Below are positions 54,487 through 64,000 of a DNA stretch of 64,000 bases, piece after piece. Source of the DNA: Hormiphora californensis. Taxonomy: Eukaryota > Animalia > Ctenophora. A program made the translations under genes and the position numbers. Position 1 is the first letter of the stretch. The number at the start of each line of letters is the position of its first letter. Below the pieces are notes generated by a model. That model was not told the origin of the DNA, ran no database searches, and was given only the letters and a program-made list of their open reading frames with translations. Where the stretch lies: assembly GCA_020137815.1 (NCBI GenBank), contig CM035354.1:4154001-4218000 (forward strand), in the 5' to 3' direction.

Positions 54487-57400
54487 TTAAAAAATTTTTT
54501 TTTTTTTTTTTTTTTTTAAAAAAACCCCCATTTTTTTTTTTTTTTTTTTTTTTTCTTCTTTTATTTGTCACCCCCCCCCCCATCATGTGAACCCCCAGAC
54601 AAATTTTCCCCCCCCCAGAAAAAGGGGAGGGGGGGCGGGGGTAAACCCCGGGAATTAAAACTGGGGTAGTTGAGATAACCTTTTAAAAATCCGTTAAATT
54701 TTTTAAAAACGAAAGCCAAAAACCCCCCTCCCTTTTTCATGCAACTGTTCCCCCCTCCCACTGAAAAGAAAATAAGAAAATTTTTAATGGGAAATTTTTT
54801 AAAGGGCAAATTAAGAAAAAACCCAAAAACAGGGTGGGAAAACGTCCCATTAGAAAAAAAAAGGGGGGGGGGGGGGGGGGGGAAAAAAAGGGGGGGGTGG
54901 GGGGGGGGGGGGGTTTTTTTTCCTTCCTTTTTTCCCCCCCCCTTTTTTTTTTTTTCCCCGGGTCTCCCTCCCCCCCTTCCAAAAAATTTTTTTTTTTTTA
55001 AAAAAAAAAAAAAGAGGAGAAAGAGAAAGGGGAAAAAAAATTTTGGGTTTTTTTTCCCCCCCCTTTTTTCTTGGGTTCCCCCCTAGGTCTTTCTTGTTTT
55101 GGGGCCGGGGCCCCTTTTTTTCCCCCCCTTTCCTTTTCCCCGCCCAAAATTTTTTCCCCCCGGGGGAAAACAAGAAAAAGCCGGGCGGGGCCAAAAAAAG
55201 GGCCCCCTTTTTAACTTTTCAAATTTTGGTTTTTTTTTGTGGGCCCTTTTAAGGGTTTTGGCTTTTTTCCCCTTTTGTTTTGAGTTTTTTTTGGAAAAAG
55301 GTTTTTTTTTGGCCGAGAGGGGGGGCGAAGGAGGGGGGAAGAGGGTTGGAAAAGGATTTTTGGGGGGGGGGGGGGAAAAAAAAAAAAAATAAGGGGGGGT
55401 GGGGCAGGGGTTTTAAAAGGGGGCCTCGGTTTTATCTCTTACTTCTTTAAAACCCCCAAAAAAAAAAACCCCCCCAAAAAAACTTTTCCCCCTTGATTTA
55501 AATTAGGGGGGAGGAAAGGAATATTGGAAAAAAGCAGAGAGAGTGAAGGGGAGGGGAGAAAGGAGAAGAGAGAGAGGAAGGAGGGAGTTTTGAGAGCGGC
55601 GGGGGATTTTTTCCCGAGCGGCGCGAGGAAGCCGCCCTTTTTGGGGCCCCTTTTCCCCCTTCCCCCCCGGTTTTTGGGGGGCCCCCGCCTGTTGGGGAGG
55701 GGAAGAGAGACCCGAAAAGAAAAGGGGAAAACTGCAATTTAAAGGGAAAAGGCCCCAAAAAAAAAACTATGACTGTCAAAAGGGGCCCCCTGTGAAAGAG
55801 GCCCTGCAGCTGCCGAGGTCCTAAAGATAAAATGGAAAGGGCTTCCTTTGGGGGCCCCCGGGCCCTCTGAGCGCACTGAGAAACAAATTTGGGGATTGGG
55901 GCCCCCCATCAGGGGAAAGGGGGGATAGACTGAAGGGGGGGACCAAAAAACCCGGGCAAGGGGTTAGCCGAGAAACAGGGGATTAAAAAAGATAGAAAAC
56001 CCTTTACCTTAAAGTTGTATCCTTAATTTTTTGCATTTTTCTGGGCGTACCTGAAAAAAAAATGGGGGTTTGGGGGGGCTATAATGGTTCCCCCTCGGGA
56101 GTTGTGCCCCGGTATGTACAAAAAGGGGGTTAACCCGGTTGTGGTAAGGGCACCTGAAAAATGATAGATATTCCGGGCCGGAAAAAAAAATTTTTAAGCG
56201 GGTCAGGATAACTGAAGGCCTCAGATTTAAAAGGGCCAAAACCTATCCTAACCCCCCAACCCAAATACAAAAAAATGCCCAAAACCCAAAAAAAATACCC
56301 CTAAAAAAAACTGCGATCGACAAACCCCAAATTTTTTAAATCCCAAACTGCCCCCAACCCCCCAGACTTTCCCCGCGATGAAACCCAGGACAGGGGAAAG
56401 GGCCCCTTTAAATCAACACGCTTTCCCGTGACCCCCGGGCCCCCCAAAAACAAAACCACCACACCCACACCAGAAGGCTTTGGGACAAAACCAGGGAAAA
56501 AGGGGGAGATAAAGGGACTAAATAAAACTATAAAGTAGAATCCCAACCGGGTGGTGAAATATAATAAAAATCCATAAATAAAACTAAATAATTTTAAACC
56601 AAATGACAAAACATAAGAAAAACCTTTTTAAAAAAAACTGAAAAATGGGTGTTTGCAACAACAAAAAATTTTTTTCTTTTATCATTTTTTTAAAAAAAAA
56701 ACCACTTTTCAAAAGGGGGAGGGCCCGAAACCCCAACACCCCCCTTAAAACCTTTTTAATGGTTCTCTCTCAAATTAAACAAAACAAAAAAAAGGGGAAA
56801 CCCCAAAATTCCTGCGAAACAAAAAACAAAAAAACTCACCCTCAGCCCAAACCAAAAAATTAAAACCAATTCTACCAGCACAAACAAAAACCCCCTTCTG
56901 CACCTCGAGTGGAGGTCCGTTCTCTCCCCAAGGCCCCTTTTGGGTGTGGGGAAAAACTTAACCCTGAAATCGAGGGAAAGGGCCCCGCCCCTCTGTTCAG
57001 CAGGTGGGCGAAAAAACCCCCATAAAATCCCCTTTATATTTCTCCACCTACACCTTTTTTTTTCACCCCCTCAACAAGAAAAAAAACCCCTACGGACAGG
57101 GATGCCTTCGTCAGTCATTTTCCAAAAAGCCCCAAATTTTAGGTTTGTATTTGTTGCAAAACTAGATGCCGATTTCCATCACACATACACAACGTATAAT
57201 AAACCCATATAATAAACTCATTCTGTGAACTCTGCATATGTATCTGAGATTGGGACAATTATAATTGTCCCAATATTTGGAACTAGAACTATCAAAAAAA
57301 AGGGCCACGGGTTACCCCCCCCCTCCCACGGGTTACCAAAAGGGAAATGCCCAATTTTTTATTCATGTCTATCTGGGACCCTTAAATAAAACTTTAATTC

Positions 57401-57650
57401 ATAAAATATCTTGATAAATAGCAAACGTGGCTTCATCCAATCGTGTTGGGGTTCTTTTTGAAAAGGGAGGTGTATGAAAGGGGAAAAAAAAAAGAGAGGG
57501 GGCCAGAAAGAGGGGGAAAAAGGGAAAAAGGGGGGGAAGCGGGAGAGTCCCTGGTCCGGTTTGGAGGGGGGGCCCGGGGGGCCCCCCTGGGGGTAAAAAT
57601 GGGGAGCGAAGGGGGGGAAAAGACAATTGGGACGGAATAAACTATGGGGG
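53320..57650. other. Homopolymer-dominated segment, probably low-quality read consensus
   Basis: Dense alternating A/T/G/C runs; ORFs are only F/K/G/P-rich; fairly abrupt borders with normal sequence. Confidence 0.8.
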
Positions 57651-58878
57651 CTTTTCTCGCGTTATTTGGATCGCTACATGGTTATGCTTGTCTACCACAG
57701 AGATAACTCTCTCTACTCTTTACGCGATCACCATAACTTGTAATTTCATTGCTTAGTTTCCAATACTGCAGGGTTGTACTGATATGTCGACCCGATCTGA
57801 GCGTACTCTGTCAAAACGGGCGCCACCATACAGTGCACTATGGCAAATCCTGCAAAGTAGGAGTAACTTTTCTACCAACACTCAACCACTAACCATCTGC
57901 AGCAATCCTTATACTTTATAGGAATAATCACTTTCACTTCTCTGTGGCCATCTCTGTGGCCCTGTCTCTCTCTCTTTCTGCCTATCAGTCTCGCTCACTG
58001 ACTGCCTCCTCCTCTCTTTCACCCTCTCTGTCTCGCTGTCTTAGTGTCTTTCTCGCCCTTGACCTTTTTCACTCACTCATGGCAGCTCAATTCTCTTTTT
58101 CTGTGTTCTCTTACTACCTGTTGCGTGACCAGAGAGAAAATGAGAGACTCTCTACAATCTTATCTTTCTCCCTAGCTTACTTTCATTTCTGTCACACTTG
58201 TCAAAGATTGCTCGCCAAGCTTTGCCAATAATAAAATCTATACAATTTGATTGGCAGTAGATTCGATCGCTGAGTGTTCAGGGTTTAATCCCCTCTTATC
58301 TTATACAGTATCCACTGTGTATAAGAATTATAGATTTATAGTTCTCCATCCCACCATATCTCGGGATTATCATTATCTGACTATATAATGCGACAAGGGG
58401 GCCCAAACCTGATCCACTGCAACGACCGACCTGAAATCGTCGTCACGGATAAAATCACATCCCAAAATATTGCTAAGTAACTCTCTTGATCTTTTTCTCG
58501 CTTTTTCTAGAGATATATGGGATCACATTGTATCCAAGTCTCTCACTCTCTCTCGGCCCGGTTCAAATATTGATATGATTGATATCATCAGTTATTCCCC
58601 TCCCCCTCTCTACATTATGCATATATCATTTGACCACTATCATCACTCTATTGTCAATTGTGTGTGTGTGTGTGTGTCTGTGTGAGAGGGTTACCCTGTG
58701 ATGAAGATTAAGCCGACTGTAATGAAGAAAACTCATTTTATTTATTGGTACTCAAGATATATTGACCCCCTCTTTCCTTTTCTCTCTCCCTTTCTGACTA
58801 TCTATGTCTCAGACCTCGGTCTCTCCCTCTATCTCGCTCTATCTCTCTCTATCTCTCTCTCTCTCCTTCCCTCTCTGA

Positions 58879-59148
58879 CTTGAAAATGGATTGAGATGGT
58901 GACCCTGGCGTATATTCTCCAGTATAACTTTGAATGCATTTACTTTTGATTGTAAAATTAAAACATAAGTTCAATCTCTCTCTCTCTCTCCCCTCTCTCT
59001 GACTTTCCCTGTTCCCTCTCTCTCTCCTCTCTCTGACGTTCCCTGTTCCCTCTCTCATTCTCTCATTTCTTGAAAATGGATTGAGATCCCTGGCGTGTAT
59101 TCTGCAGTATAACTTTGAATGCATTTACTTTTGATTGTAAAATTAAAA
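58879..59148. repeat. Local duplication of an about 85-bp segment (58879-58965 and 59068-59148)
   Basis: CTTGAAAATGGATTGAGAT..CCCTGGCGT.TATTCT.CAGTATAACTTTGAATGCATTTACTTTTGATTGTAAAATTAAAACA occurs twice. Confidence 0.85.
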
Positions 59149-59994
59149 CACAATTGTTCATTCTATTTCCTCTCACTTATACAGCTATGAAACATCTAAT
59201 AGATGCAGGGAAATCCGGATCAACCTCTGGTGACTCTACCCCCTCTCCCTGGATTTGTTGTGATTTGTCACCCCTTACTCAACAACCCTGGAAATTGTTT
59301 GTCGTGGTTGCGGTGCTGGTACTACCAGTGGTAGTGGTGTCATATATTGTACTGACCCACTGAGATTTTTAAAGGGAAAGAGTGAGGGACTGAGAGATGT
59401 GATGAGTTCGGTATGCTACATACTATCTTTTCATCAAAGACTAATGAATGAGCTATATCAATTATACAGATTGGTTCCTATAATATGAGTCCAATTGTAT
59501 TCTCTTTTATACGGGGAGGGAAATGAGTGATATATTGAGAGAAAGATAGAGGATGAGAATAAAGAGAAATATTGAGTGACTGACGAAAATCTGGAGAAAG
59601 AGAGCTAGTGGCTGAATATGAAGGGAGCCGTTTAGAAAATATCAGATAAAGGACCCGAATTAGAAACTTTGTAGATCTAGTTCATGAAAATGTCAGCCCG
59701 TCGCCTCAGACATATTTTATAATGTCAAATTATCTTTCTTTCATGCTCACGAGGTAAAGAAACTTAAATCTGTCCATATTTTTGAGTTATGTTAAGCATA
59801 AATATGTCTGCGTCTTTTCAGTTAAATATTCTTTACTTTGAAAGCTTTTCCTTCGGATATTCATTCATGGTTGCTCAACAAGTCATGGTGGGTTCTTTCC
59901 CTGCTAAAATTCATAATATGACTCTAAACATGCAGCTTGATCCTCCATTTGCGTCAGAGACAAAGTTCTTTTTGTACATCTGTTTTTCTGTTTT

Positions 59995-60029
<35 letters not shown>

Positions 60030-60123
60030 GGTTGTCTGTCTGTCTGTCTGTCTGTCTATATTATCTCTATTTAAACCCTAACCTATATTATCTCTATTTA
60101 AACCCTAACCTGTTGTAGCTGTC

Positions 60124-61321
60124 ATGGAGCCGCTGTTAGGAGGGAACTACACAGGCGCAACCATCCACCAGATTTTTGAGGGACAGTTGATGGTTCGAAT
60201 ACCGGCCGCTGTCGTCATCTCCCTCATCCTGATTGAAGGTAAATTATCGTTAATTAATATCATCATTGAATAGTCGGACTATTTTAAAAACTCAATGTCT
60301 ATCTTATAGATCTCTTTGAAGCCACCAGCCCAGTTTATTAACTGTTAACACTATTCTCGACCCTCGGCATCTCTCACCACACCTGCACCCCGAGTTAGAA
60401 TGTAACATTGCAACTAACACCCTTATCCCGCAGGAATTCTAGGTAACGGATTTGTAATCCACGCCACCTTCAAAGCCCGGGTTTTCAAAGTGGACCGGAG
60501 TACAGTTGTGTTTATCCGACATTTAGCCATCTCAGATGTGCTCTACATCGTCCTCAATGTCCCTCCCTTCCTGGCCTACCTGCTCTCCCTCCCTAGCGAG
60601 GCGAACACGGCCATCCTACAGCGGGCCTGTCACATTATGGGCAACATACACGGTGCAATGGTCCACTGCAACGTGGCCTTCATCCTAGCCATATCCATTA
60701 ACCGGTTCCTGAGGTGCCTGAAACCCATGCAGCTTTCCGTGATGAACCCGACCCAGGCAGCGTGGTGTCTAACTGGTTTCTGGTGTCTTGCCATCACCCC
60801 CTCACTGGTTAAAGTGGCCCTCCAAATTGGGGATATTCTCCCCATGTACACCTTTAACTCAACCCTCCTCCGATGTGAGATGCCAGATGCAAACAGGGCC
60901 TGGGAGACTTACCACACCATCACCGCATCCACGGCCTTCTCCCTCATCCTATTGTGCAACATTGGCCTTCTTCTCCTGACCCTCTCACGTAACTCTCAAA
61001 TGTTAACAAAGAGAATGCGGAAGGTTAAACTCCAATCATTCCTGATAACCGGAGGGTTAACGACAATATTCTTGTTGTCATGGTTACCCCTCATCACGGA
61101 GAATCTTATGGATTGGATGGGAGCGGTGGTACCCGATGCACTTCGTTATCTCAGCCCACCTGTACATTGTCAATACCTTTAGTAACCCCATTCTGTATGT
61201 GTTTATCAGTGCGGGGTACTACCAGTTCCTGCAGTTCAAGTTAAAGTTGCTGAAGATCAAGCTGGAGGAGAGAGTGGAGGACATACCCGTTATGATGAGG
61301 GACCTTAGGGAGAGATGGTGA
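60124..61321 (+). CDS. Class-A GPCR, 2 coding exons (60124-60238, 60434-61321); one frameshift near 61155
   Basis: GILGNGFVI (TM1), HLAISD (TM2), AISINRFLRCLKP (TM3), FLLSWLP (TM6), NTFSNPILY (TM7). Confidence 0.9.
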
Positions 61322-61809
61322 CATGTCACTGCATGGTGTTCCTATGGTGATAATTGACAATATATTTGGTCAGAGACATAATTCGTACCCTGTTCGTCAA
61401 ACTCTTGCAGTGATAAACCCAGTAGACAATCGATGGTTATGGAGGATCTCCCTTGGAGACACCATGAAATCATGGTTCATGGATTCCAGACGATATTTCG
61501 GAATATTCGATGTGATACAGATACTCCCTTATCAGTAGATATCTGTTTTGTATGACCTTTATTTACGTCGTGACATTTGGTCATAGTGGTCCTACGTAAC
61601 AATGATCTAGCAATGACTAGATGAGCACATGTGAACAATATAATATCTCGATGATCACGGCAGAGTTTTATATCGATGATTATTGATCAGTACCACTAGC
61701 GGCGCCATGTGTAGGGCTGGTATCACCACATGTCATATATCTCGAAGCGTTTAAAAACGTCAACCATGCTCGCCATATACAGTTGCACGTGATCGACGCG
61801 AGCATAGTC

Positions 61810-62001
61810 AGAGAGAGAGAGAGACGAGAGGAAGAGGAGAGAGAGGACTGAGAGGAGAGAGAGGATGAGAGAGAAGAGAGAGAGAGAGAGAGGAGAGAGA
61901 GAGGTCAGATGAGAGGGAGAGAAGAGAGAGAGAGAGAGAGAAGACGAGACGAGAGACGAGAGAGAGAGAGAGAGATGAGATGTGGAGGAGAGAGAGGAGA
62001 T

Positions 62002-62037
<36 letters not shown>
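61810..62037. repeat. Degenerate (GA)n tract
   Basis: Direct inspection. Confidence 0.9.
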
Positions 62038-62042
<5 letters not shown>

Positions 62043-62821
62043 TCAGAATGGTCTCCGTCTAGACAACAAGACTGCAACTGTCAGTGCCTGACAGCATCAC
62101 CCTTGATACTGATAGAGCTGTGATGGGTGATTTTTTGAGAACATTTTTTACTAAAATTAGAATATGTTAGGATTGGCTTGCAGTAACGGAGTTACTACAA
62201 GTGCTGGGACTAGCAGTCATAAAGTTCAATTCTAGAACCTCTATGCGATGCCCCTCTATTAATAGAGGGGCATGGCATGCAGGGGTCCCGGTCATTGGCA
62301 GTCAGGATCATCTTTGATGATTCGATATGATACCCACTGGGTGTCATATCGAATCATTATTACCCAGCCACAGCTCTGGTGAATTTAGGGGTTTGTTTTT
62401 AGGATAATTGATGTAACTGTTACGCTGTCAGTGTTTATTTAATCATTCCATACACAAGTGATCTGCGTTTTCAAGGGGCCGTTTGGGGGTGGCCAATGGA
62501 TAGTTGAAGAATGAATTCAAAATCATGGGCAGCAGATCTATTCCGCAGAACCACACCAACATCATGATAATATTACCTCAAGTAGAGAGATCCTCACAGA
62601 TTCTAATATCAGCGCCATCTCCGATCCAAGTCTAGATCCACATTTGTAGATAAACGAATCCACATACACCTGCTAGTCGCTACTCTCTCGTATAATATCT
62701 AAAAGGGGGAGAGATGATGAGAAAGAGACGTTATATGGTTTACTACGTGGGCTTCCCTGCCATAAACAGTATAGCGATCAGTTGAGTGGTATCGATACTA
62801 CTATGTGTATTATGTGAGTGG

Positions 62822-62858
62822 GAGAGAGAGAGAGAGAGAGAGAGAGGACCTTGGAGAT

Positions 62859-62898
<40 letters not shown>

Positions 62899-62905
62899 AG
62901 AGAGA
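62822..62905. repeat. (GA)n tract
   Basis: Direct inspection. Confidence 0.9.
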
Positions 62906-64000
62906 CTGTGAGGGTAATTTGGTGACTGAGTGGTAAGGATGAGTTAGTAAATCATATATTCATGATGATATATAATAATATCATTGATATTGACGGTCGA
63001 CGGAGTGAATTGAACTTGAAGCTGAAGGTAAAACGAATCTCAACTCACCATGATCTGATGTGGAAGCCACAACTTCTTGACAGAGATCAGAAGCCAGAAT
63101 TAATGTCTCATAGTTTCTCTCCCACTACCAGCGTCACAAAAGCGTATTGCTACTTTTGGATCCGCACAGGAATCCACTCAACTACTAACTAGAATCCTGG
63201 GAGAATCCCTATAACAGCTGTAAATATTTCTGTAAATATTATAAGTTATTGACACTATATTATGTTGTCACTGAACATGAAAATATAATACTAATAGTAG
63301 TTGTGGAACGTTTTGTATTGTTTCATGACCCGATGCCGAGATTTGAGGAACACCAGAACTATAACTCTAATGTTTCTCAGATCTCTGAGACCATGGCTGA
63401 TTTAGAAACGGCCTGGGACAAAAAGAACTGGAATACAAATTGTTCCACAACCACTATGATGGGGTCACCACGTGGGTAAAAACATGATTTTGGGGGGTTT
63501 TTACTGTGAAAATTTAAATAATAATATATCAACAAAAACACATTCAACGGTTATATATTTTGTGATAGGGCTGCTGCTCAGGGTGAACATTCCTGAACAA
63601 TGACGGTAACCATGGTAACCATGGTAACCATGGCAACCATGAAGATCAATGTAGGTGGTGCAGACTCTGTAAAAATATAGATCTCCAGCTCTGTCTGGCG
63701 GTGCCCAGTGCGTTCAGATCGGCTCGGCGCCGCCAGCTCCAGTATCACTAATATGTAAAATATTTTATTAAGAAACGTCAGGCCACGCTGCTGATGGACT
63801 GCAATGAATGAATCTCCCAGCTGGTATGACACACATATCGCTATATTAATAATCTCTGTATCAAAATAAAAGCACTGACTCATGTTTCCATCTCTGAGAT
63901 TCTAACTAATCATCTCTCTCTCACACACTCTTTATCTATCTCGTTCTCTCTCTATCTATCTCTCTAATGGTCTCTCTAACATCTCACACATTTAACCGGC

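Noticed and set aside
53533-57640. Many F/K/G/P-rich ORFs and G-quadruplex-like runs
   Set aside because: Homopolymer-rich, low-quality sequence, most likely an artefact.
62962-63883. Coding-like fragments near the window end
   Set aside because: I could not assign strand, frame or family.

Overview
This is eukaryotic, intron-rich animal DNA. The gene families and repeat style suggest a ctenophore (inference, not verified). Most real genes are spliced, so the ORF track shows them only in part; I rebuilt exons by hand from GT..AG boundaries and codon phase. In order: (1) a divergent urea-transporter (UT/SLC14-fold) gene fused to about 9-10 ankyrin repeats, with its 5' end outside the window; (2) a partial ANKRD16-like gene; (3) a tight minus-strand run NUBP2 > steroid-5-alpha-reductase/TECR-like > intronless WD40 > UTP15, where the reductase introns host a solo LINE ORF1 and an antisense F-type-lectin-like gene; (4) a secreted orphan-domain + Sushi protein; (5) B9D1, whose introns host a tRNA-Ser(UGA), a TTAA MITE and an antisense LDLa-GPCR; (6) a Sulfotransfer_2 (CHST-like) gene; (7) four clear class-A-like GPCRs and one degenerate one; (8) many MITE/foldback elements of 0.05-1.6 kb. 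Several genes carry isolated frameshifts, mostly apparent insertions, and about 53.3-57.7 kb is homopolymer-dominated; both point to long-read consensus error. The most notable observations are the UT-ankyrin fusion with altered pore motifs, minisatellites whose unit is a whole branch-point/polypyrimidine/AG module, a foldback element with flip-flop terminal hairpin loops, and the operon-like spacing of the minus-strand cluster.
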